Shown here: positions 35,570 to 44,519 of the stretch, piece after piece
Layout: every line of letters starts with the position of its first letter
How positions within the stretch are numbered: position 1 is the stretch's first letter
Assembly (NCBI GenBank): GCA_964581485.1
Contig: CAZOOQ010000001.1
Location: forward strand, 8,529-64,273
Direction of reading: 5' to 3'
Length of the DNA: 55,745 nucleotides
DNA from: an uncultured Candidatus Saccharibacteria bacterium
GTDB lineage: Bacteria; Patescibacteriota; Saccharimonadia; Saccharimonadales; Saccharimonadaceae
Notes under the pieces: generated by a model
Told to the model about the DNA's origin: nothing
Seen by the model: only the letters and a program-made list of their open reading frames with translations
Databases searched by the model: none
Made by a program: the position numbers and the translations under genes

Positions 35570-38233
35570 TTATACCTCTCCCCAATTTTCCCCCACGTGC
35601 ACATCGACCTGCAGGCGCACGCCGAGTTTGGGGTAGATGTTTTCCATAGTTTCGACCAGCATGGTGCTGATTTTTTCGGTCATGTCACGCGGACATTCGA
35701 TGAGGATGGAGTCGTGAATCTGCAAGAGTTGCATGCCGAGATAATTTGCGTCTGCAGAAGCCTCAGACGGCTGCGGCTTCGATGACATGCGAGGCGCAGA
35801 CGAGGACGGGCTCGAGGCGCTATGAGACATAGCGTGAGAGTCATCCGCAGCCTGCAACGACGCAGGTCGCGCAGTCCGCAGTCGTCGATCAACCTCGATC
35901 ATGGCCATCTTCATGAGGTCTGCCTCGGTGCCTTGTATCGGCATGTTCGCTGCGGCTCGTTCGGCTGCCTGGCGAACAACAAAGTTGCTCGACTTCACAT
36001 CGGGTGTCCAGCGGCGTCGACCAAAGAGTGTCTCGACAAATCCATCGTCGTGGGCCTTTTTCACGGTGTCGTCGATATACTTGCGGATGTTTGGTCGCAC
36101 CCGGAAATACTCGTCGATGAAGTGCTGTGCTTCCGTATAATTCATATTTGCCGCAGCGGCGAGTCCATGCTGGCTCATGCCGTAGAGTACGCCAAAATTC
36201 ACGACTTTGGCTTTGCGGCGCTGCTCTTTGGTGACGGCATCGAGCGGGACCTTGTAGACTTCCGCGGCAGTTTTGGTATGAATATCCGTGCCGGCATTGA
36301 AATCATTGATCATCTTTTCGTCACCCGCGAGCACGGCAGCGAGGCGCAGCTCAAACTGCGAATAGTCGGCGCTGACAAATACATTGCCTTCATCGGGAAT
36401 AAATGCGTCGCGAATTTGTCGACCAAGCTCGGTGCGAATTGGAATGTTCTGAAGATTAGGATCGGTACTACTCAGTCGCCCCGTTGCGGCGACGTCTTGG
36501 CGAAAATCAGTGTGGATACGCCCTGTATCATCGGCTTGTTCGGGCAATGTCTTCACATAGGTATTTTGGAGTTTGGTCAGTTCACGGAATTGTTCGATCA
36601 GCTCAATAATCGGGTGTTGTCCGCGCAACTTGTCGAGCTCTTTCTGGCCGGTACTGTAGCCCGTCTTGCCCTTCTTCACCCCCACGGTCGAGAGGCCAAG
36701 CTCTGTATACAAAATTTCTGCGAGCTGCGCGGGGCTCGCGATATTAAATTCCCGGCCTACCATGGCAAATATCGTCTTTTGAATCTCAGCGATGTCTTTG
36801 GTGAGCTTGGCATCCATGTCGGCGAGCTTGCTGCTATCGAGCTTGATGCCGCGATATTCCATGCGCGCCAGCACGGGAATGAGCGGAAAGTCCATCGTCC
36901 GTGCCACATGCGCGAGATCTGGCAGCGCGTCGAGTGCCTGCGATTGTTCGTCGTAGAGCGCCCAGATAGCGCTGATAGCCAGCTTCGGATCGTCGATCGA
37001 TTCCATGCCCACCAGGTCGCCGAGCTCACGGGATTTACGCAGCGGGTTCAGCAGGAATGATCCCTGCGCCGTATCGTGATGAACCTCTGGAAGTTGCTCT
37101 GCCCCGTCGCTCAGCAATTGCTTCAGAAACGGCTTGGTGTCGTGCCCTATCATTGGCACTTGTTCTAATATCTTGGCCGCTTCGGCACGCGGTAATTTGG
37201 CAGCTTTGTTGCGCTCGTGACTCAGCCATACATCATCGCCGTCTGGCCAGACGATAAGTTCTTTGGCCATCATCAGCACCGCCTTGGCGTGGCTCGCCGG
37301 CAATTCCTCCGCAGACTCTACAGTTGTCATGTCTTTTGTCGTGCTCGTTGGTGATGAATCACGCATGTGTTCAGGGAGGTTTCGTAGCAAACTACGAAAC
37401 TCAAGTTTGGTGAGTAATTCTTTTAACTTCGCCGTGTCGAGGTCGCTGGCATCCATATCCTGCAGGTCGAGTGCGATCGGCGCATCAAACCACAGCTCGG
37501 CAACTTTTTTGCTCACGTCGGCCATGTCCTTGCCGGCTTCGAGCTTGCGCCGCGTGGCGTCTTTGACTTGCCAGAGATTTTCGTAAATTCCTTCGATGGT
37601 TTCGTATTGTTGCAGCAGCTGCACCGCGGTCTTTTCGCCGATGCCAGGCACGCCGGGGATATTGTCGCTTGAGTCGCCCTTTAGAGCTTTGAGATCCAGG
37701 AACTGATCGACGCGAATGCCGTACTTTTCGGTGAAGCTCTCGGGTTTGAACAAATCGATATTCGTCAGGCCTTTTTTGAGCGCGTAGACGTGCACGAGTG
37801 GATTAATCGCCTGTAACGCATCGAGATCACTCGTGATGAGGCAGACTTCGATCCCCTGCTCGCTGGCTTTTTGTGCCAGTGTCGCCATGATGTCATCGGC
37901 TTCATAGTCATCCAGCTCGTAGAGCGGCCAGCCAAACGCTGCCAGCAGCTCGTGGAGTATCGGAATCTGCGCATAAAAATCCGCCGGTGCGGGCTTGCGA
38001 CCGGCTTTATACTCAGGATAAATCTCAAGGCGCTTGCGGATATTCGTCTTGGGCTTGTCCCAGGCGACACACACATAGTCCGGCTTCAGTTTCTTGAATA
38101 ATTCCAGGCTTAGTGCCGCAAATCCATACACCCCACCCGTTGGCGTGCCGTCGGCAGTGCTAAGATTTGGCATGGCATAATACCCACGATAAAACACACT
38201 CTTGCCATCAATAATCACCAACCGTTTCGCCAT
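35570..38233 (-). CDS. polA: DNA polymerase I
   Basis: 5'-3' exonuclease N-terminus (LVIIDG, YEADD, GDSSDNIPG), ADYSQFELR, KVVNFGVLYG, QIHD; start moved to ATG 38233, 6 nt after TATAAT. Confidence 0.97.
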   Translation of the reverse strand: MAKRLVIIDGKSVFYRGYYAMPNLSTADGTPTGGVYGFAALSLELFKKLKPDYVCVAWDKPKTNIRKRLEIYPEYKAGRKPAPADFYAQIPILHELLAAFGWPLYELDDYEADDIMATLAQKASEQGIEVCLITSDLDALQAINPLVHVYALKKGLTNIDLFKPESFTEKYGIRVDQFLDLKALKGDSSDNIPGVPGIGEKTAVQLLQQYETIEGIYENLWQVKDATRRKLEAGKDMADVSKKVAELWFDAPIALDLQDMDASDLDTAKLKELLTKLEFRSLLRNLPEHMRDSSPTSTTKDMTTVESAEELPASHAKAVLMMAKELIVWPDGDDVWLSHERNKAAKLPRAEAAKILEQVPMIGHDTKPFLKQLLSDGAEQLPEVHHDTAQGSFLLNPLRKSRELGDLVGMESIDDPKLAISAIWALYDEQSQALDALPDLAHVARTMDFPLIPVLARMEYRGIKLDSSKLADMDAKLTKDIAEIQKTIFAMVGREFNIASPAQLAEILYTELGLSTVGVKKGKTGYSTGQKELDKLRGQHPIIELIEQFRELTKLQNTYVKTLPEQADDTGRIHTDFRQDVAATGRLSSTDPNLQNIPIRTELGRQIRDAFIPDEGNVFVSADYSQFELRLAAVLAGDEKMINDFNAGTDIHTKTAAEVYKVPLDAVTKEQRRKAKVVNFGVLYGMSQHGLAAAANMNYTEAQHFIDEYFRVRPNIRKYIDDTVKKAHDDGFVETLFGRRRWTPDVKSSNFVVRQAAERAAANMPIQGTEADLMKMAMIEVDRRLRTARPASLQAADDSHAMSHSASSPSSSAPRMSSKPQPSEASADANYLGMQLLQIHDSILIECPRDMTEKISTMLVETMENIYPKLGVRLQVDVHVGENWGEV
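35747..35864. repeat. Palindromic in-frame insertion inside polA
   Basis: Nested inverted arms: TGCGTC-TGCAG / CTGCA-ac-GACGCA, GGCTGCGG-ATGAC / GTCATCCGCAGCC, CGCTATG / CATAGCG. Confidence 0.65.
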
Positions 38234-38331
38234 AGCTCTATTATACTCTAGTGCTGGAGATTGCAGCACCTGGCGTGCCGAACATGTCAATCTGAGCACC
38301 ACCTCTTCTGCCTGTCTGGTATCATAGTAGT

Positions 38332-38910
38332 ATGGCAGAACAAAAAACCAATACGAAGATCCTGGCCTTCGTCGGACTCACTGGCAGTGGCAAATCAGAG
38401 GCAGTGGAATATGTCACCAAAAAAGGCGTCCCGAAAGTGTATTTTGGTGGCGTCGTGCTCGATGCCATGACCGAAGCTGGCTTGGAGCACACTCAGGAAA
38501 ACGAAAAACCATTTCGCGAAGAACTCCGCGCCCGTGAAGGCAAAGATTTTGTCGTGCAGCGCATCATCACGCAGATTCAAGGTCTCATCGATGCCGGACA
38601 GCGCCGCATCGTGGCTAACGGCCTCTACACGTGGACCGAATACAAAACCCTCAAGAGCGCCTTTCCAGGTGAACTCACCGTCGTCGCAGTAGTTGCGCCA
38701 CGTCGACTGCGCCACCGCCGCCTGTCACAGCGCCCGATTCGCCCCCTGACACACGACGAGGCAAACAAGCGCGACTGGGCCGAGATAGAGAATCTCGAAA
38801 AAGGCGGACCGGTTGCAATTGCCGACTACTTCATTCACAACGACAGCGACCTCGAGACCCTCCACAAACAAATCGACACAGTTCTCGAAAGCACCAAATT
38901 CCTGGCCTAG
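38332..38910 (+). CDS. P-loop nucleotide kinase (dephospho-CoA kinase / AAA_17-like)
   Basis: VGLTGSGKS Walker A, RDWAEIE, ADYFIHN. Confidence 0.8.
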   Translation: MAEQKTNTKILAFVGLTGSGKSEAVEYVTKKGVPKVYFGGVVLDAMTEAGLEHTQENEKPFREELRAREGKDFVVQRIITQIQGLIDAGQRRIVANGLYTWTEYKTLKSAFPGELTVVAVVAPRRLRHRRLSQRPIRPLTHDEANKRDWAEIENLEKGGPVAIADYFIHNDSDLETLHKQIDTVLESTKFLA

Positions 38911-38935
38911 CACATACATGCATCACAACTTACAC

Positions 38936-38969
38936 AAAAGACCATCTCGTCGCCATGAGATGGTCTTTT
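38936..38969. terminator. Bidirectional intrinsic terminator
   Basis: AAAAGACCATCTC-8 nt-GAGATGGTCTTTT between convergent genes. Confidence 0.85.
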
Positions 38970-38984
38970 ATGTCAGCCGGGAGG

Positions 38985-39989
38985 TTATTGTAGATATTCG
39001 TAGAGTTTCTTGGCGTCTTTGTGCTTGCGAAGCTTGGCCAACGCCTTCGCCTCAATTTGGCGAATTCGCTCGCGCGTGACCGCAAACTCTTGGCCGACCT
39101 CTTCGAGGGTGTGGCTCTTGCCATTTTCCAGCCCAAATCGCATCTTGATGATTTTTTGCTCGCGCTCAGAAAGAGTCGAGAGAACTGACTGCACTTGCTC
39201 TTTGAGCAATTGATTGGCCGCTGATTCTTCAGGCGTAGCGCTGTCTTCGTCTTCGATGAAATCACCGAGCACGCTGTCTTCATCTTCGCCGTCGCGACCG
39301 ACACCAGCATCGAGACTCGAGATATCTTGCTTAATTTTGATGACATACTCGACTTTTTCGGGCTCCATCTCGAGCTCTTTGGCGAGTTCATCAATCGTCG
39401 GCTCGCGGTTGAGCTCCTGCGTCATACGGCGCTGTGTCCGCAACAATTTATTAATCGTTTCGACCATGTGCACCGGGATACGAATCGTGCGAGCTTGGTC
39501 GGCAATCGCGCGAGTAATCGCTTGGCGAATCCACCAGGTGGCGTAGGTGCTAAATTTAAATCCTTTGTCTGGGTCAAACTTCTCAACGGCGCGGAGTAGT
39601 CCCGTATGGCCCTCCTGAATCAAGTCAAGAAAGTCGAGACCTCGACCACTATAGCGCTTTGCAATCGAGACAACGAGACGCATGTTGGCCTCTGCCATTT
39701 TGTCTTTGGCGCGCTTCTCGCCGGCCACGACGCGCTGGGCCAATGCTAGCTCTTCGGCAGCACTCAGTAGCGGAATTTTGCCAATTTCACGCAGGTGGAG
39801 CCGTACCGAGTCGTCACTGATATCATCAAAATATTGTCCGGAGTTCAGGACGTCTTCTGGCGTGTCTTCATCTTCCTCATCGATCAGCTCATCTGGTGCT
39901 GGCTCAGCGATATCAGGAACAACCACCCCCTCTTCGTGCTCATCAGGTGTATCTTTTGTTACTTGGTCGTCATCGTTTGCCACGCGCAA
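38985..39989 (-). CDS. rpoD: RNA polymerase primary sigma factor
   Basis: [41 protein letters not shown]; downstream of dnaG. Confidence 0.96.
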   Translation of the reverse strand: MRVANDDDQVTKDTPDEHEEGVVVPDIAEPAPDELIDEEDEDTPEDVLNSGQYFDDISDDSVRLHLREIGKIPLLSAAEELALAQRVVAGEKRAKDKMAEANMRLVVSIAKRYSGRGLDFLDLIQEGHTGLLRAVEKFDPDKGFKFSTYATWWIRQAITRAIADQARTIRIPVHMVETINKLLRTQRRMTQELNREPTIDELAKELEMEPEKVEYVIKIKQDISSLDAGVGRDGEDEDSVLGDFIEDEDSATPEESAANQLLKEQVQSVLSTLSEREQKIIKMRFGLENGKSHTLEEVGQEFAVTRERIRQIEAKALAKLRKHKDAKKLYEYLQ

Positions 39990-41721
39990 TCTCCTTAATT
40001 AATACGTTGAGCTCCCGTCGCAACCGATCAGCTGTCGCTTCATCGCCAGCTTCTTCTGCGCTTCGGAGCTCATTCACTAGTGTATCTCTGGTTTGTTTCT
40101 TGTATTCGTGTTCTATCTGCCGTAGCAAGCGGGCTGTTTCAAAGTAGCGGTCATTTGCATCCCACTCAGCATATCGCGTGTCGGCACGTAATAATAGTAT
40201 TTTTACATACGTATCATACTTTTGCAAGCTTTTGGGGGTTTCAGTGATCTCTTCGCCACGGTGTTGTGCAATATAACGCGCCACCGCTTGTCGCTCTTCG
40301 CCGTGCAGGAGGTCAAATTGCAAATGCAGCAGCAACTCCTGGCTCGGCACATCAACCATTGTCAACGCGAGAAAGTTATCTTCGTTGGTATAATCTGGTT
40401 CAGTCGTCGGTTGCATATCACCTTTGACCGGTTTGAGACGCTTTTTTACACTCGTCTGTTCGGCCAGTTTCTCCTGTATCGCTTCGAGGCTCGTGCTGGT
40501 CATGGACGCTATCTTCTGCTCATAGTGCTCACGCTCCACCGGGTCGAAAAGTGACGCGACGATACCTAGCCCCGCCGAGGTGAAAGTGCGCTTACCCACT
40601 GCTGTCGACATGTCCACTCGCGAAGAGTACTGTGTCAGCACCCAATCGACTGCTGGTACTCGCGTCGTGATTGCTTTTTCCCAGTCAGCGGGATTTTTTT
40701 GAATCAACTCATCCGGATCCTTGGCGCCCTCAGGCATCGAGATAATAGTCAAATCAACACCGACTTTTGCGGCAATCGCAATTGCCCGCTCAGTCGCCGC
40801 GATACCCGCCTTATCGGCATCATATGCCAGTCGAACATCACCAGCCAGACGCTTTATCGCTTGTAGATGCTGCTCGGTCATAGCCGTACCCGCAGTCGCA
40901 ACCACTTGCTGTACCTTCGCTTGGTGCGAACTGACGACATCGAGATTTCCCTCTACCATGACGACATACTCAGTCGCCCGAATTGCCGCTTTTGCCTGAC
41001 TCAAGCCGAAGATATGCCGACTCTTGTCGTAAATCAGCGACTGCGGAGTGTTGAGATATTTTGGCGCACCTTCGACCTCACCGATGATCCGCCCCGTAAA
41101 GCCAATCACTTGCCCGCTCGCATCCATCAGCGGTATCATCAGTCGACCACGAAACAAATCGCCACCATACCGATTGGTCAGCCCAGCGTCAACCAGCTCT
41201 TTTTTGCTAAACCCCTTTTTGCTCAGTGCATTCACTAGGGCCTGACCGCTATCAGGCGCGTAGCCAATCAAAAAATCTGCTACTACCTGGCGGTTCAGTC
41301 GTCGCTGCTCCGAAACATACTGCATGGCTGTTTTGCTACGCAGCAAGCATTGTTGGTAGTACTTTGCTGCCCATACGTGCGCCTCATAGGCCCGTTTTTT
41401 GCGTCGTGCCAGCTCTTGACTGCCTTTTGACTCATACTGCGACAGGTCAACTCCCGCCTTGCGCGCCAGGTGCTCCAGCGCTGCCCGAAAGTCCATGCCT
41501 TCGACTTCCATCACAAATGAAAAAATATCACCGCCTTTGTTGCTCGAAAAATCATGCCAAATATTTTTGTCTGGGCTCACAAAAAAGCTCGGGGTCTTCT
41601 CGCCGCTAAACGGGCTCAGCCCCTTGAAATTGCGCCCTGCGCGCTTCAGCTCCACATACTCGCCAATCACATCTTCGATAGCGAGCCGTGCGCGCACCTC
41701 CTCTTTGGCGTCACCTTGCAT
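39970..41721 (-). CDS. dnaG: DNA primase
   Basis: EKTPSF, KYLNTP, VEGNLDV, YDADKAG, KDPDE; zinc-finger Cys residues replaced (LSPFSGE, WHDFSS). Confidence 0.96.
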   Translation of the reverse strand: MQGDAKEEVRARLAIEDVIGEYVELKRAGRNFKGLSPFSGEKTPSFFVSPDKNIWHDFSSNKGGDIFSFVMEVEGMDFRAALEHLARKAGVDLSQYESKGSQELARRKKRAYEAHVWAAKYYQQCLLRSKTAMQYVSEQRRLNRQVVADFLIGYAPDSGQALVNALSKKGFSKKELVDAGLTNRYGGDLFRGRLMIPLMDASGQVIGFTGRIIGEVEGAPKYLNTPQSLIYDKSRHIFGLSQAKAAIRATEYVVMVEGNLDVVSSHQAKVQQVVATAGTAMTEQHLQAIKRLAGDVRLAYDADKAGIAATERAIAIAAKVGVDLTIISMPEGAKDPDELIQKNPADWEKAITTRVPAVDWVLTQYSSRVDMSTAVGKRTFTSAGLGIVASLFDPVEREHYEQKIASMTSTSLEAIQEKLAEQTSVKKRLKPVKGDMQPTTEPDYTNEDNFLALTMVDVPSQELLLHLQFDLLHGEERQAVARYIAQHRGEEITETPKSLQKYDTYVKILLLRADTRYAEWDANDRYFETARLLRQIEHEYKKQTRDTLVNELRSAEEAGDEATADRLRRELNVLIKEIARGKR

Positions 41722-41829
41722 ACGTTTCAGTATATCACCTCTATAGCTGAGTGACCTCTTGTCGACAGATGCAGTCTGGTTGCACGAGTCACTTCCCTCG
41801 CGTTACTTTTTATGCTTAAATGTGAACAT

Positions 41830-42663
41830 ATGAATTCGCAAGAGCCAACCAATCCTGCTCAACCCGCCCAGCCAGCACCTGGTAGCGGTCAGCTTCCTGC
41901 GCCACAACTTGCGCAGCCTGGTACAGGTGACTTTGGCACGCAACAACCCGTACCACAAGCTGCCTCTACTCAACCACAGCCAAACCTACAGCAGCCGCAA
42001 CCGCAGCCGCATCTACAACCACAGCCGCAGCCACTAGGCAGTCTGCAGTATGACGCCCCAAAGGATGAAGTCTATGCGGCTGACTACCTAGACCAGATCG
42101 CGCCACCCCAGCAAAAAGCAGCCAATCGTGTGGCGATTTTTGGTCTGATTGGTGGCGCCCTGACACTCGTTGCGCTCGCTTTTATGGTCATCTCGAGTCT
42201 TCAACCGCCGAGTTTTGCTAGTCTTGCACTACCACTACAGGCTCGCATCGCAACACTTCAGGAAGTCACAAAAGCGCAAAACAATCGCCTGTCTGATAAC
42301 ATGCTCAACAACACCAACTCAACACTCAACTCGACTCTTGGCACGATGAATACCGACTTCAATGCTATATTGGCTGAGAAAAAAATCAAGTCAGGTGATG
42401 ATCAAAAGAAGAAACTCAAACGAAGCGAGACGGCGTATATGGCTGAGCTCTCTACTGGATTGGAATCCGACTACCAACGAGGCGCCCTTGACCGAACTTA
42501 TACCAACAAGATGACCTATGAGCTCACCACTCTCAAGACCATGCTTACTCGTCTCAAAGCAAACACCAAAGATAGTGCAACAAAAAAGTTTATCGACGAA
42601 GCGCTCACTAATATTGATATGGTGCTCAAAATCTACGACAACTTTGCTGCTACCAAATCATAG
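41830..42663 (+). CDS. Membrane protein with Pro/Gln-rich N-terminus and helical extracellular domain
   Basis: QP-rich N-terminus, DYLDQIA, one TM, helical C-terminal bundle. Confidence 0.75.
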   Translation: MNSQEPTNPAQPAQPAPGSGQLPAPQLAQPGTGDFGTQQPVPQAASTQPQPNLQQPQPQPHLQPQPQPLGSLQYDAPKDEVYAADYLDQIAPPQQKAANRVAIFGLIGGALTLVALAFMVISSLQPPSFASLALPLQARIATLQEVTKAQNNRLSDNMLNNTNSTLNSTLGTMNTDFNAILAEKKIKSGDDQKKKLKRSETAYMAELSTGLESDYQRGALDRTYTNKMTYELTTLKTMLTRLKANTKDSATKKFIDEALTNIDMVLKIYDNFAATKS

Positions 42664-42710
42664 CTCAACTCTCGGCAAATCCGTGAGCTCTGTCTCTACA
42701 TTTGGTGCCG

Positions 42711-43049
42711 CTAATTAGTCACCAGCTGGTAGCTGAGTCGCGCCAAATCCTTGATCTCCTCATCACCAAGTTGCCCAGTGCAGATAATCGTATTCCAATG
42801 CTTTTTATTGAGGTGATACCCTGGTTGTACGCTCTCGTATTTCTCGCGTAGGGTCAGCGCGAGCTGTGGGTCACATTTCAAACTGACGCGCAGCGGTTTG
42901 CTGCCATCAGCGATAATCGCAAACAATTTCTCACTACCGCCTGCGTCTTTGCGGCCGACTTTGTAGACACTCGTTCCCTCGCCAAACGGATAGTCTAGCC
43001 AGGCATCTGGAAAACTCAACAGATATTCTTCGAGCTCTTTGTGCGTCAC
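42711..43049 (-). CDS. MmcQ/YjbR family DNA-binding protein
   Basis: DYPFG, LKCDP, PGYHLNKKHWN. Confidence 0.92.
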   Translation of the reverse strand: MTHKELEEYLLSFPDAWLDYPFGEGTSVYKVGRKDAGGSEKLFAIIADGSKPLRVSLKCDPQLALTLREKYESVQPGYHLNKKHWNTIICTGQLGDEEIKDLARLSYQLVTN

Positions 43050-43053
43050 GCTG

Positions 43054-43953
43054 CTAGAGCCAGCCTTTCTTGCGAAAATACAGTAGCATCACCACAGGAG
43101 TGAGCACGCACACGGCGATAAATAACCAAAATGCGAATGATGAATCAAACGGCATCTGCGTAAAATTAATCCCGCCCATACTGGCCACAAACGAAATCGG
43201 CAGGAAAATCGTTGCCACAAGCGTCAGTCGCTTCATGACGTCATTGAGCCGGTTGCTGACCATCGATAGATAGATGTCCTGCGCACTCGTCAGGAGGTCG
43301 CGAATGCCATCTACCAGCTCCCTCGAGCGCCACATGTAGTCATAGCTATCGCGCAGATACGGCGCAAATTTCGGGTCAATCGCGTGATACCGTCCATCGC
43401 TCAGACTCCCCAGCATCGACGTCGTCGGGAGTACCGAACGACGCAAGGTCGAGAGTAGTTTCTTGTAGGCAAACAGCCGCTTGAGCTGTGCTTCGTCGGG
43501 CTGTTTCATGATAGTATCCTCGGTGATGTCGATGACATCATCGATTTCATCAAGAATCGGTCCGTACAGGTCGGTCACAGCATCAGCGATACAGGCCAGC
43601 ACACCACTTGGTGAATTAAGCTTGTAGATACGCAGAACGATTTGCTCAACGAGATCTTCTGGCAATTCACCGGCATGCAGTGTTACGAGCTCTTTCGCAC
43701 CGAGCAACACCACCAAACGCTGCTGTCTCAGTGTCGTGCGATGTAATTTCGGCAGCAGGAACTGCACCATCAGCCACTTATCGCCCTCAACTACTTGCGG
43801 GATATTGCGACGATTCCCCAGCACGTGTAGCTGCAACTCAGTCAGCTCTAGCGGTGTGGCTGTCGCCAGCCAGTCCTGCGCCTTTGGCACCGTGATATCG
43901 CGCCAAATCCCCCGCACTACCTCTAATTCGTCTGTCGCTACTGTCTCCGCCAC
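43054..43953 (-). CDS. corA: CorA-family divalent cation transporter
   Basis: NDVMKRLTLVATIFLP, GIN (GMN variant) signature, two C-terminal TMs, RKKGWL. Confidence 0.9.
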   Translation of the reverse strand: MAETVATDELEVVRGIWRDITVPKAQDWLATATPLELTELQLHVLGNRRNIPQVVEGDKWLMVQFLLPKLHRTTLRQQRLVVLLGAKELVTLHAGELPEDLVEQIVLRIYKLNSPSGVLACIADAVTDLYGPILDEIDDVIDITEDTIMKQPDEAQLKRLFAYKKLLSTLRRSVLPTTSMLGSLSDGRYHAIDPKFAPYLRDSYDYMWRSRELVDGIRDLLTSAQDIYLSMVSNRLNDVMKRLTLVATIFLPISFVASMGGINFTQMPFDSSFAFWLFIAVCVLTPVVMLLYFRKKGWL

Positions 43954-43957
43954 TGCC

Positions 43958-44512
43958 TCACCCCTTCATCTTTCCTAGATAATATTTCAGTTCTTCGATA
44001 CTGCCTCTGATGTCTTCGACTGCTCGATGCGCTTCAGGCTTTGCAAACTTTTTCTTGTATTTGCCTTCCATTACCACTTTCCAGGCGCTGACATCGAGCA
44101 TGCGGTAGTGGAGTCTCGCCGCCAGTCGTGGCCAATAATGATCGATAAACTGCCGATCCATATGAATCGAATTTCCCGCCAAGAGCACTGGCGTACCTGT
44201 ATCGCAGTGTGCATCGATAAATTTTAGCAGCTCATCCTCAACTACCTCAAGCGCCACACCGCGCTCATTTTGCTCCATCAAATCCCCGCGCACTTCCGGA
44301 AACTGATCCCAAAATGCCGCGTTGCCAGCAAGCTTTTCCTCGAGCACCAGCCCATCATGTTTCACGATTCCTTCGTATGTACCGAGCTCCTTGAAGTCCC
44401 AATCCGTTACAATCGCCCCCACCTCGAGTATCTCATCATGCGCGGGTACAAGTCCCGTCATCTCGAGATCCACCCAGAGAATTTGTTTTGGTTTAAAGGC
44501 TGGCTTAGTCAT
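43958..44512 (-). CDS. orn: Oligoribonuclease
   Basis: WVDLEMTGL, LAGNSIHMDRQF, HYRMLDVS, HRAVEDI. Confidence 0.95.
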   Translation of the reverse strand: MTKPAFKPKQILWVDLEMTGLVPAHDEILEVGAIVTDWDFKELGTYEGIVKHDGLVLEEKLAGNAAFWDQFPEVRGDLMEQNERGVALEVVEDELLKFIDAHCDTGTPVLLAGNSIHMDRQFIDHYWPRLAARLHYRMLDVSAWKVVMEGKYKKKFAKPEAHRAVEDIRGSIEELKYYLGKMKG

Positions 44513-44519
44513 ACGTATA

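Noticed and set aside
35741-35878. Intein in PolA
   Set aside because: Only ~45 aa, with no N-terminal Cys/Ser block or C-terminal His-Asn motif.
35822-37060. Long antisense ORFs (412 aa opposite polA, and similar ones opposite rnj, pnp and argS)
   Set aside because: Shadow frames of well-conserved genes caused by codon bias; no independent motifs.
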